Assembly (NCBI GenBank): GCA_964658305.1
Contig: OZ210885.1
Span: 8,556,001 to 8,620,000 of the forward strand
Length of the DNA: 64,000 bases
Direction of reading: 5' to 3'
Origin: Leptogorgia sarmentosa
Taxonomy: Eukaryota
Positions 14,215 to 26,408 of the stretch are shown here, piece by piece. The position numbers were made by a program, and so were the translations under genes. Positions within the stretch are counted from its first letter, which is position 1. The number at the start of each line of letters is the position of its first letter. The notes under the pieces were generated by a model. It had not been told where the DNA came from, searched no databases, and was given only the letters and a program-made list of their open reading frames with translations.

Positions 14215-14427
14215 TGTTGTGAACTCTTCGCAACAAAGACACACGGACGTGTTTTAAGCTTTTTTAATTTTGTACAAATATCAAACGAATAGATAAATTA
14301 AGTTGTCAAAATAGTGCTTTTTTATGGTTTTTGTCCTTCGAAGTTTCTTGATCTTTTCCTTACAAACAACAACAACACGTAAATTAACTTATATAATGTT
14401 CCTTAAAAATGTCAAAGTGTCAAAACA
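14215..14427 (-). repeat. BEL 5' LTR (213 bp)
   Basis: Direct repeat of 8646-8877, followed on the + strand by the TSD AGTGT. Confidence 0.95.
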
Positions 14428-15293
14428 AGTGTGTTGATTTATTTAGGTAAATTTCATTCTGTTTAGTTCAATTAAAATTCCACTATATGAGTCTTCAACA
14501 ACAACAAAGTTAATGAATGCATAATGAATACACAATATATAATGTAAACTTTATGCCAAGATGCAATTTTGAGTATAAGAACAAAATAGATGGAAGAGAC
14601 CATATAATAAATAATACAAACCTGGTATGAAGCACAAAATTAATAAAAAGCTTGTCTGCCACAATTTGTTCAATTCTGCATTTACTGTAACTACAGAACT
14701 AACTACACTGTAACTACAGTACGCTTTCAGAGCATTTGACATTGTTTAAAATTGAACTTGAACAGTAATATTAATTATATAATTAACTGTACTACTAATA
14801 TTAATTGTATTGTTGTTTAGTCCTGATCAATATTATTTCTACTTTAGGAGCTTATTAAATATTAACTTATCACTTCACAGAGATTGAGATTCAGTACAGT
14901 AGAATCAAATACATGCTGATTGATACTAAAATATTCTACAAGTGAACATACTTGGAAAATTTGGGCCAAATTCTTTAGAAAAATGCTCAATAGGAAAGAC
15001 TAATATATGCAGGGGCGCACATTCCAAAAATTTCTGGGGGGGTGCCAAATTTTTGGGGACTGCATTTCATGGTTTAGTATCCTACATGCCCGCTCCATCA
15101 TATTCTCAAAAAATGCTAGTTTAAAGACTAGAATCTACAAAGGATTAAATGCGATAAACGCATTGGAGCCTTGATTGCTCCAATTTGTACATGCAATCAG
15201 AAAAAGACACATCAATAAGATTCGGAATATAGACTATTGCAATTTTGTAAGCATTTTTGTATCTGCATATTGCTATCGCGCTTGTTAAGTTAA

Positions 15294-16327
15294 GGTTACA
15301 TCACACCATGGAGCAGTACTTTGAGAAAATTTGCCATTGCACGCTCAGGTTTTGACGAATTTGTCTGAACTTTTGCACAGATATTGATAAATGTCTCGAG
15401 AAACTACAATCGTTATGGCAGATCAGTACGCTTTAACAAAAAGCCGCACTGAGGGTTTTCCTAAATATACACACTATTTGCGCCGCGAGAATTAAGTAGC
15501 GCCGGTTTTATCCAAAAACCTCGGAAATGCCGTGTTTCTATTCCTAAGTGATGAAAGAAGAAAAATGTGTTCGCATTTGTTGACAGACATTTTACTTGCT
15601 TTGATATAGAACATCAAAGTTGATGTAGTGTTTTTGACAATACGAGGTTGAGGAAAATGCCTGTAAATAAGAAAGTACTTCATTAAATCGAAAACGCGAG
15701 CACTTTTTTGCTGCACAGATATTGTTTAATGTCCTGTAAAAAATTGGGGAAAATTCGTTCAAGCGCTGTCAACTTATTTTACTTTTTGTAGAGGAAATTT
15801 TCAATATTTTCAATTGCTGTAAAAGACGGATTAATGTTTCGCGGGGTCTTATCAGCCTCTCCACCCTCTTAATTAACACCTCCGGTATGGAACCAATCAT
15901 AATCGCGCGGTTTGGTATACCTTGTTAAGTTTTGACAACGTGTTTTGGCATTGAAATTTGGGTAGAATACATGTAATGCTATATACGAGAGACTCGTTTC
16001 TACACTTCGCACCCTTTCTTTTAGACATGTCGCTATTCAGCACGCGAATAATGTTTGAGAAATATGCAGTGCTGTAACTAATATCGTATATTGCCCCAAA
16101 CTCCAATTCACACCTTCAAATTATGGATAACACCTTGCGCTATGCCGGAATGACAGTATGTGTCTAAAACTTTCGCGCGCAATTTTTTATGTCAGAAAAA
16201 AAGCATTTCTCTATATCTCCGTCGCATTTCAATATTTTGCGAAATATGATATATACTTATGTCTATAATATAACTGTGTAAAAACATAAAAAGTCAAAAA
16301 ATCAACTTTTCATCGTGTGATGTAACC
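15294..16327. mobile_element. Kolobok-like non-autonomous element
   Basis: TIR GGTTACATCACAC(C/G)ATG, GG...CC termini, TTAA on both sides. Confidence 0.75.
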
Positions 16328-16504
16328 TTAAGTTTGTTACGTAACGACAAGATGGCGGCCGTGGAGGAGCGGAGGCGATGTTGCAATGTTTTTGCTAATA
16401 AAATGTGAAGTGTAGTGTTGAAATGCGAACGTTGGGGCAAACAATTTTGTCTTTCTAAGTCCTAGTAAATACACAATTGCAATTCTACAAAGTGTTTATA
16501 AGGC

Positions 16505-16675
16505 AGCGTGTTATTTCATCGAAGTAGAAGTTGCGATTCTGTAAACTTGATCTCGTAGTATTGCGGTTGTACTGCGCAATATAAATCTCAGCGTGTTATT
16601 TCGTCGAATTAGAAGTTGCGATTCTGTAAATTTATTCTCGCAGTATTGCGGTTGCATTGTGCAATATAAATCCCA
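16505..16675 (+). repeat. Two-copy tandem duplication of ~85 bp
   Basis: AGCGTGTTATTTC...GCAATATAAATC occurs twice head to tail. Confidence 0.8.
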
Positions 16676-16982
16676 GCAAATATCATATGCAATAACATGC
16701 AGTTTGAAAACGGCAGCATGTTATGTTAGAATGTTTGTACCGATAGAATATAAAGTGTAGTCTTCAAATACGAAAGTTTAGGCAATCAATTTTCACATAC
16801 TACATCTCAGTAAGTGCGCAATTGCAATTTAACACGATATAGACAGAATATGTTGTATATAAGTGGTTTTATACAAAGGGTAAACTTGGTCACTAGAAAG
16901 CCACATATTTCGCAAAGCAATCACAAGAAGCGACAACATAACCCCCCCACACACACACCCCTAATGTGCGCCCCTGAATATT

Positions 16983-17252
16983 TAACAATTAGACAACGAG
17001 GCAGAGTTGTCTATGAGCGAATAGTCAACGAGGCCGAGTTGTCTAATTGTTTTAGTATACACTCTATGCCCAGAATTGTTTATATGAAGAAAATTCTTCA
17101 GAAACCTCAGCAAAACGCGAGTTTTCTGCAGTAGCCATATTGTTTTCCTTTGCTTTTTCGCGAACCGTGGTCTATCACAGAATAGACAAACGGCTGAGTA
17201 GCCAATCAGAATGTAGCATTTGTAATAGACGATGGTTGGGTGTATACTAAAT
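16983..17252 (+). mobile_element. Hairpin-plus-tail repeat (Crypton-like non-autonomous)
   Basis: Palindrome AACAATTAGACAAC...GTTGTCTAATTGTT, then a body bounded by TTTAGTATACAC / GTGTATACTAAA with CCAATCA near its end. Confidence 0.5.
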
Positions 17253-17462
17253 GTAGATAGAAAATAGCAAAGAAAGGGGCTTATCAAATACCAGCATTTG
17301 CATTTCATTAATATTATGATTCTATTAATTATCAAATATATCATTTTAGATACTGATAAGTATAAATGCCTATTTCATTATCCCTACTTGACATTGCCAA
17401 ATTGCACGCGTGTTTGGCGAAATACCGTGAGTGCGAAGCACGAGAACAAGTGTAATTTCCTT

Positions 17463-17713
17463 TTAATATCATTGTAGTCAATTTCAGTGCAATTTCAATA
17501 TCAAACAAATGAAAATCCATCGTAAAATTATACGAGAAACAAAAATTTTACTGTAGTTTTACTTGTTTTTAAATTTACCGCTCGCATATCGCGGGCTCGA
17601 AGTGTGGTATTTGAAAAATTAATTACACACCTGTGTAATTAATGTTTAATTCTCACAGTTGTTGAAGCTTTTTAGCCAATCAGCGTACAGGAAATTGACT
17701 ACAATGATATTAA
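17463..17713. mobile_element. Short element bounded by 23-bp inverted repeats
   Basis: TTAATATCATTGTAGTCAATTTC / GAAATTGACTACAATGATATTAA, preceded by a GTGCGAAGCAC mini-hairpin at ~17430. Confidence 0.65.
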
Positions 17714-18003
17714 GTACTAAAAATGGGTACCAATTGAATATATATTGCTAATTGATGTGAATTTAGCATGCTAACTGTTCAGTTATGTGTATGGCAAACT
17801 TACCTATAATCTAAATACCTTTCACTAATCAAATCTCGTACAACTTAATTGCATTGCGAAATTTTGTCGGAAATCGTCCAGTGTAACACCAGCTTTAGCT
17901 CGATATCTTCGTAGAAACTTTGCACTATCCTTGGGCCCCTTACTTACTGTTTTTAATGCTTCTTTTCCCATGGAAAATTCCATATTTAGCGTTGATCTCA
18001 AAG

Positions 18004-19477
18004 ATGAATCCAGTAAAAGCAGAAGCTAATGTTATAAGGATTTCTCGTCTGTTGGTAGACAAAGGAGGCGAAGCATTAAGAGCTGCTCTTCATGTTAAAC
18101 ATCCACCTGCAACTTTATCCACCGTATTGAATACAAATAAACCAGCCTTGAAGAAGATAAGATACAGTGTAATTAAAGCCTCGCAGTGGAACTTACTCTT
18201 TCCTGCTTCGGGGACACCAGATTCAAAACATTTTGATGTAACATTATTGACAATTCTTCTACGAAATATTTGTGGATTGCCTCCACCAGCGACTGGGTGG
18301 GATGTTATGCCTCCAACTAGCGATACTTCGATATCCGCGAATATTACGAGAATCAAAATCTTTAGAAACGACGTGTACGGTCATACAGCAAGTGCTCAGT
18401 TAGACGACACTACATTTGAAACATTGTGGCAAGAAATTTCAAATTCTTTGGTGAAGCTAGGAATTCCTCAACAAGACATTGATGAACTGAAAGAAGCTCC
18501 TCTCAGTCCTGAAGAAGAAAGTTATGTTGAAAAATTGAAGGAATGGAAAGAACTGGAGAATGAAATCTTGTCAGAACTGGATGATATTGAAAGTGGTGAG
18601 AAAAAGCTTCGAAGTGAAATTCCTGCGTTACGAAAAGCCAATCAAATGACGAATTTCTCGCAAATCAACCGACTATCCAAGTTTAACTTTACTGGAAAGA
18701 TCAAAGATCTAAGTGGAATGTTTCACGAAGGTACAAGAGTATGGCTTCTTGATGAGATCTCAAGATGGATGGATAAAGAATATCCAAAGGTTATGATTGT
18801 GACTGCAGGGCCTGGCATTGGGAAAAGTGTTTTGTCAGCAAGGATTTGTGAGCTGTACAAAGAACTTGGTCAACTCGCCGCATGCCATTTCTGCGATTTT
18901 AGAAAGTCAGATTTCAGAAATCCTCACATAATTCTACAGTCTCTTGCGAGTCAAATGTGCGAGAATGTTGAAGGATTTCGTGATAAACTGTCAGAAGTTC
19001 TTTGCTTTGACCATTCTCGGGACTTGCAATCAAACGCTTTCCGTGTCCTTTTGAACGAACCACTTTTTAAACTGGACAGACACGATAAACCAATGTTGAT
19101 CGTTGTTGATGCTTTGGACGAGAGCAAGACTGATGACAAAAGTGAGTTTTTAGAGTTGATATCAGAACAGTTTTCGCAATTACCAGCATGGATTAAGATA
19201 TTTATAACCAGTAGACCAGGGTTCAAAGTACGGAAGAAACTTTCACACATGAATCCTTTTGAAATCCTCCCTGATGACAAATGGCACAATTTCAAAGTCG
19301 TCTTTCCACAAAATATTGATGAATTGGAGAAACATCCTCTCAGCCCAAAAGAAGAAACATTTATTAGAAAGTTAAAAGAATGCAAACAAATTGAAGATCT
19401 TACCGCAAACGTTGAAGAAACTGACAAATTATTAAGCGACATTGAGCAGTCAAAACTGTCTACAACTGGAGACAAAG
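18004..19477 (+). CDS. Exon 1: DZIP3-like HEPN domain and NACHT/STAND NTPase core
   Basis: FDVTLLTILLRNIC and RNDVYGH (HEPN R...H motif); GTRVWLL; Walker A AGPGIGKS; HFC; Walker B LIVVDALDE; sensor-1 IFITSRP. Confidence 0.88.
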
Positions 19478-22400
19478 GTATTTTTTTTTCACGTGTTCGA
19501 ACTCATTATTTACTGTATCTTTAAATAAATTTAAGGCCAATGTTGGTTGCGCATAATTACATCCAAATGCAGTAAAAGTTCCGCTCATCACCTAAATGAT
19601 GTGACGATGAAAAGATTCTTCGCAAGGGATCGGTCTAAGAATCCAAACAAATATGATTATTTTGCAAATAACTGCCTTTTTTATTAGTATAGGTAATAGT
19701 ATGGTTTCGAGTGCAATTTGGAATTAACATGCACGAGTGAGTTTTCCAAAGACCTCAAAGTAGCACGAGTCCAAAGGACGAGTGTTATTTGAGGTCTTTG
19801 GAAAACTCACGAGTGTATGTTATCCAAATTGCACGAGAAACCATACTTATTACCTGGTAATATTACCTATTAGCGAAATTTCAAAGCGAAATTTCACCGG
19901 CAGAGTTTTCTTGCTTAGTTTATTTCACATTTTACAGCGTTTACGGTTTTAAAATTCACCCAAACACGTAACTTTTGTTAGTCTTGTTTGAGATAAAGTT
20001 TTTTCCATCATAAGAAAAAGATAAAAGCTATATTTTCGACCCGCAGACAATTTTTACTTTGTTTAGCGCGGCCGCCATGTTTGTTTTGTTTTGAAGAAAT
20101 CTGTAGCTTGAGCTCTAATTTGATTGGTTCAAAGTGGTAACAGAAAGTTGCACTGTGATTTGGGATTAACTGCACTGAATCGACCAATCACAGTCGAGTA
20201 ATACTTTATATGCAAAATATAAAAACGTTCGATACAAAATAAATATAAAACCATGCTATCCAAAATCTCAAAATTATTGTAATAGACAATAAGCCACAAT
20301 TAGGCCAAGCGCAGATGGAAAACTTGGAGTAAAAATTGACCAGCATCCTTCTCGGAAGGCTGATACTGAGCAAAATTAATTTTGGAGTATCAGGACTACG
20401 TCGTCATAAAACGTTGCTAAAAAAAATACTCTCGATTCTTCATATAATTCAATTGCTCGACCATACTTGATTTATTGCTCTGACAACCCAGCGGATTTAG
20501 GCACAAAAAATTGGCGACATTGATTCGTGATCGAATACGCAACTGGATCTATTTTTTCTACATAATCGATTTTTAGAAAAACCTCTTCGCACGAATTTGA
20601 GCTAATTATTCAAGATTAACTATTCTATATTTATATTTTCTAGATTTCCATAATTTAACTTCAGAATTCTCTCTGGTACATCCACACAAGAAAATTTGCC
20701 TTACAAATGAACCGACAAACCTTGTGCAAATGTTTAAATTCCTTGGCGGTCTTACAAATAAAGTGGTTGAGCATTATTATACAAACCACTTAATTTCTTT
20801 CAATATCGAATCTCCAAACGTAGCCGAGGAAAAATTCACTAAAGAATTACTAAATTCTATTTTTGACATCAAAGCTGTGTTCGCACAAACATTACATTCG
20901 CTAGATTTATTTCAGAGCTATCTTGAACGTCCAAGCGAGGAAACTGCTGGACCGTTGAAACTGTTACTTGATCGCAGAAAATATTCATGTACAAAACTTC
21001 TCACACCAGGCGAAATTGACAGTTTCTTAGAGGCTTCGCGTTCACTTCTAATGACACATTCGCTCAACGGTAAAGAAAATGAAGAATCTCAGGATTTTGA
21101 AAATCAAAACTTGGATCTTGATTTGAATGCGCAACCAAACCGTAATTCTCCTCCTCTATCACCAAATTACAAGAGCAAGAAGAAAAAGGAAAACAAGAAT
21201 TGGCGTGGAAACATTGACCACGACGACGTTGCTCAAACTTATGATCACAATCCTGGAAGTACTTTACAGAAACCTGAAGATGATTTGGTACAAGGCTCCT
21301 TAAAAACAAAGACGAAAACCAAAGTGCAAGATTTTGCATGTTTAGAAGAAGATTCTAATCGTCAACAATGTAAAAAAGAAAAGAAGCCCGAAAGAAAGAT
21401 ATTCAACGATATCAATGTTCCGCAGATTGGAAAAGAAAGTCAGGGAAAATGGATTCCTGGGCATATTGGAGATTCTCGTCCCGACAAAAAGATGAAGTAT
21501 GAAAAGATGTCGCAAGAAAACGCGTTGAAAGGAAGGAATTCGCTCTATTTCTCGCAGCCATCAACTCGGATGATTTCCGCGAGAGTAACAGAACTGGAGG
21601 ATGAAAACCTGTCTCTTAGAAAGCAACTGGCAGCATTGCAGTCCATAAACAAAGAGATCTTGTCAGAGCTTGGCGAAGTAACAGTTGAGAAGACGGCTAA
21701 AGAAAACGAAGAAAGAAAATCGGAGCACTTCCGTCACATATTTCAATCTCCCTCACAGGAAGATAAAAGATCTGGCATGTCCAACTCTCGAAAGCCCAGA
21801 TCGAATGAGTTGGGCAACAGCGGCGATCAAGGATACCTTGTTGCAAATGGTTCGTCAAGACCTCCGATCAGTAGTAATAAAAGTCGAAATCCTCCAGTAC
21901 TAAATTCATCATCTGTCGATGAAGCAGCTTCCTCTCGTGGTCACCTCGTCAATGGAGCCGAGGTCTTGGTGCCAGATGACAACCATGAACCAGGCGGGGT
22001 AGCGAATGTCCGAAATAGCGAAAATGAAAGGACATTCCAAGCAAGAAATCAGGAAAGCAATACTGTTAACGGCTTCGAGCAAACCGCAACGGTCCAAAAT
22101 ACAGCAAGTATCCAATCTACAGAGAACTCCAGTGGCGGAGAGGGAAGTAGTCCATCAGGAAATGTCGAGGGAACCCGCGATCAGGCGTCCGCATCCCAGC
22201 GTGGTTTGTCATTTTCGGTCCAGCAAGATGATTCTGGAAGAGAGTCCATATCATTGAGGAACATTCCACCCACATCAGTTGCAACAACCTTGTATAACAA
22301 TTACAAGCTCCTTTTGCTATCCCTTGCACAAAACCTTCTCTCCTCGGACGTCATGCTATTACAAGACTGGACGGCTCAGAATTTCTCAATCAATAACCCA

Positions 22401-25400
22401 CGGAATGCCACTGATATTCTCTTTCAACTTGATGAAAAAGGAGTCATCAACGCTTCAGATTTACATCAACTCTCCGATTTCTTTGAATCCATTGTCAGAT
22501 TTGATCTTGTGCATATTATAGACGCATTTCTCCTTGGTGACTATGATCTACTTCGTCAATGTCAAGCATCTAAAAAGCACGCTGCAAATCTGGTACAAAA
22601 CCATGGACGTAGAGCCATTACGAGGAATCCAGGTTTTCTAAATGCCATGAACAGCGGTCAATTTTCGATGAACACGAGCAGAAATCTGTCCAGAGCACCT
22701 GTAAACAGTGGAGTACATAATTCCCTGCCTTCGACTCAACCGCAATCTTCGAGAAGCTTCTCAGATACATCCAATTCAACACGCAGTTCTGTTAGGTCTC
22801 TGAGAAAACAATCCTCGGCATCTGAGCAGCAAAACCCCGGTAAACCAGCTGGTGGATTTAATTCAGTTAGAATGGCCGAGGTAACAGTTGGTCCAGTTAC
22901 AAGTAAGTGTACCTGTAGTTTCTCATATTTTGATAGATTTTAAAACTTAGTTTCGCTAAAAACAATTTGATGAGTCTTGGCGACTTCGAGTTGTAACCAA
23001 AATTAACCATATATGCATTATTTTTATTAACCATATATGCATATATGTACTGTTGTTTGTCTTATTAAGTTTTACCCCGCCTATCGAATCGCGTTGTTCT
23101 TTAACTGATAGGTAATCCCTTCCAAAATCGTAACACTTATATACTTGAATTTACCAAACAAATACCTGTCACATTCTTGTGTTAAAATCCCAACCAAAAT
23201 CCTCAACCTGATCCCAATCCTGATCCTAATCTCATTCTAAAAATCTAAAAATAATATCAGCCCCTAGGCCCCCTATAAATCGTGATTCATGTGTACCAAA
23301 CACTTTGTAAGGTCCACAAGCGTTATTTGATTTCTTTATCTGAATTGCCTTGATTAAACAAAGATATTGCGTGAAACAAAAATATTAAATACTATCAAGT
23401 TGCTATATTGAAAGGGTATTACTTTCATTTTCACATGATTAATGACTCGAACTGTGTCGAAAGAAAGTCCACAATACTGGAATCCAGCTCTGTCCATTTT
23501 GCGTTGTTTTTTAATATTTCCATGAACTGCTACGTTCTGTTTATTGCTTCTCTAACTCCTTCTTTAAAAATATAGACGAGAGAAGAACAACGTGTGGAAA
23601 TGATGGAACAAGGACAACTTTATCATCAGCAAATGGCGTACGTAATACTCGGGCAGTCGGTAACGGTGGTTCAAAACTTTCCAAGTTCCAACGTCCAGAC
23701 AATGAACGAAGCAACAGTCCCAACCGGGACCCAGACCGAGACGACAACTGGTTATGCAGTCATTACAAACGACATTGTTATGTCAAATTTGATTGTTGTG
23801 AAAAGTTTTGGCCTTGTCATCGTTGTCATAACAACCAAAGCACGTGCGGTCGAAAGAAGCTGAAATCACGTGACACGAAGATGCTGAAGTGTGTATATTG
23901 TAACAAAGTACAACAGGTAACCCACATTTTATGTCGTAGATAAAATTTGTAGGCGACGCCGAACTTGTTCCCAAAAATGATGATTATTTGTGCTAACTGA
24001 CAAGGAGTATGAGATTAACAATCGTTTGCGTATTTATTTTCTGAAGTGAAGATTTTGCAATAATCAAATTTAGTATGATAAATATTATTAATAGAGAATG
24101 AAGAAATATCTATGAAATTTTTTTAGTTTGGTGAACATTGCTGCAATTGTGGTGCCAGATTTGCGCAGTATTATTGTGGAATGTGTAAACATTTGACTGG
24201 CACCGATGATCATCCGTATCATTGTGAAAAGTGCGGAATCTGCAGGTATGTTTTAATTAGCATAATCGACATAATTAACACACTCTCTTTAGGTACACCA
24301 ATTAGTCAATCGACCATAATATACATTATGATATATTCTCGGGCTTCATGACTACCACTGCCTGTATGTTTTACGAGAGTCGTAATAGAAAGCAATTACA
24401 AATACTCGAAACTTCTATGAGAACTATATAGCTCTGACAAAAATAAGGAATCGGGAATAAAGTGTGAGATATTAAGTTGTTTCAATCGAAAAATAAATTT
24501 CTATCTGACTGCTAGGTCCCACTCAATTGAACCAACTATGAGTTGAAGTTCACATATTCTATTCACTTTACGAATCAACCTTAGGAGGTAAAACAAGCGT
24601 TGAGTGAACAACAGATACAAGTTGGGAAATATTAGGTTTTTGGCGGGAAATTGGTTGGGGAGTTTTTATAGGTGAAGAAATTAATGCAATGCAACATTTG
24701 TTTTATATCAGAATTCACGGAGATCGTTCGTTTCATTGTGATGTCTGTGGAGTTTGTTTGGATGTGCAACTTCGTGGAAACCACAAGTGTCGTGAAGGCT
24801 CCGCGCATGACGAGTGCTGCATTTGCTTAGAGGTACTGTTTCACTTTCAAATATGTTTCACTATGTCACTTTCATTTGTTGTATGAAGTTTTGGAAGTAA
24901 TTAATCTACTATGGAAACGCCCTGTATTACGTTTTACTATATATGACCTTGCAAAACAGTTTAGTTTGAACCCCCACCCCTACCCGCCACCTACACACGT
25001 AAAAATATCACAATTTGTATCGAATCTGTTGTGTTTGCACTGATTATCCCAGTTTGGAGAAAATAGTGTATAATTTTGAACAAGCTTGACGGGAATATCT
25101 GACATTGTGACTTGAATATCCCACATACACCACACCTGAATCACATGTTGTAGCTTCCGTTTTCGATACAAAACCTTTTGTTGCACTTTTTGAAAAGTGG
25201 TAACGCTTTTCTGGCAGTAATACAAAAAAGATACAACATGTGCAAGCTTCAGCTGACCGTACTTTCCACAATTCACGATATTTTGCAACCAATCTTCGCA
25301 AAGTATACCAGGGACCGGTTGTATAAAACTCTTAACTATCCGTTTCGTAGTTAAATGATAGTTAACTTTGAAATACGCGTTTCTGATTGCTCAATTTTCG

Positions 25401-26408
25401 CACTTAACTATAGTTAACTTTAACTACGTTTTTATACAAGCGGCCCCAGGACTCTTTCGTGTTTCAAAATTTTGTCTTATCGTCCACAACAGAACACGAT
25501 TGCCTCTCAACTATTGCTAAAACTAACCTACCCCTAAATAGAAAACTAATCCTAATCCCAAAGCTAACCATGACCCTAAAAACCCCTAAAACCTAACCCT
25601 AAATTTCGAAAACCTTGTTTTGGTGGATGTCCGTTTGCGTAATCCCGTTCTTGGTCGAGTCTTTAAATATACACATGCATGCTCGTATTTTTATTGATCA
25701 GTAAACTGCTTTTTTGTGCAGGATGCTTTCACTGGATGTCAAATTCTTCCTTGTTCTCATAAAGTGCACAAAGAATGTGCGACACAAATGATACGCAGCG
25801 GAATGTAAGTGTATCTTCTATTTGAAGATTTAAGTAGAATTTGATCTAGCAGAGGGTAGCCGATAATTCTTCATTCCGATAACTACCGCGGATGTATCGA
25901 AAGAAACCCGAATCGAATTTCAACACGCTATTGCGCACAAATTTAGTCGTGAAGACAGTTTATCTTTTATAAAGGTGAATGACATACTTTTCAAACAATG
26001 AGGGAATGAAACGAAGCAAAAATATACGCGTGCGAAAATTGGACTTGTAAAAAAAACATCTAACTCCAACTCGCCCTTGTCTTTCCGCACTGTTTGAAAA
26101 TTGTGTTATAGGAAACTTTAAGCGTACTCGTAACTAAAAGGAAAAGTTGACCACGTTCACAACTTAATTTCTATGTTGAAATTCAAATCAATTTTTTGGG
26201 GACCCGTGGTTGTACGCCATGATTAAAGATCATAGAACCGGTGACCGACTTAATTATTGATTGAGTGATATGTGTTGATAGCATTCATAGACACTAATTG
26301 CAGTATTTTCTATTTTTCAACAGCACACGCTGTCCAATCTGCCGGGAGAGTTTTGCTCACAAACTTGAGCGGCGACCACTGAGTTCACGAAAACGTCCTG
26401 GGAAATAA
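18004..26408 (+). CDS. Chimeric NLR-like protein: DZIP3-type HEPN + truncated NACHT + DED + CHY/CTCHY zinc fingers + RING-H2 (Pirh2/RCHY1-like); 7 exons, ~1493 aa
   Basis: Exons 18004-19477, 20644-22902, 23576-23916, 24127-24245, 24712-24832, 25722-25804 and 26324-26408. All introns are GT-AG with compatible phases (1,1,0,2,0,2); 4482 nt with no internal stop. The exon1-exon2 join is inferred from phase and splice signals only. Confidence 0.72.
19691..20215 (+). mobile_element. Intronic hairpin-plus-tail repeat (Crypton-like)
   Basis: ~165-bp imperfect palindrome at 19691-19855 with three GA/GA mismatches; tail carries CCAATCA near 20185. A partial copy lies at ~32170-32250. Confidence 0.6.
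22293..22530 (+). other. Death effector domain (DED) coding segment within exon 2
   Basis: YKLLLLSLAQNLLSSDVMLL...DILFQLDEKGVINASDLHQLSDFFESIVRFDLV follows the DED helical pattern, including an RxDL motif. Confidence 0.7.
23576..26408 (+). CDS. Exons 3-7: Pirh2/RCHY1-like CHY-CTCHY-RING-H2 module
   Basis: CSHYKRHCYVKFDCCEKFWPCHRCH (CHY); YHCEKCGICR and FHCDVCGVC...HKC (CTCHY); CCICLE...LPCSHKVHKEC...RCPICR (RING-H2). Confidence 0.92.
25312..25446. mobile_element. PIF/Harbinger-like MITE in an intron
   Basis: 17-bp imperfect TIR GG(A/G)CCG(G/C)TTGTATAAAA with a 3-bp CAG duplication. Confidence 0.65.

Larger units (their letters stand above)
8646..14427 (-). mobile_element. Full-length BEL/Pao LTR retrotransposon, coding region disrupted
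   Basis: TG...CA LTRs at 14215-14427 and 8646-8877; perfect AGTGT TSD (8641-8645 and 14428-14432); PPT GGGGAGGAG on the minus strand next to the 3' LTR; domain order gag-PR-RT-RNaseH-IN. Confidence 0.95.
15010..16976. mobile_element. hAT-like non-autonomous element hosting a nested insertion
   Basis: 14-bp TIR CAGGGGCGCACATT / AATGTGCGCCCCTG. The 8-bp flanks AATATATG / AATATTTA match at 6/8. Confidence 0.6.

Noticed and set aside
23594..23863. 89-aa ORF from the ORF track as the real product
   Set aside because: Wrong frame; the spliced exon 23576-23916 reads in another frame that encodes the CHY zinc finger.
25515..25605. Interstitial telomere (CCCTAA-like tract; similar tracts at ~23200 and ~35200)
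   Set aside because: Short and very degenerate; better explained as low-complexity parts of interspersed repeats.
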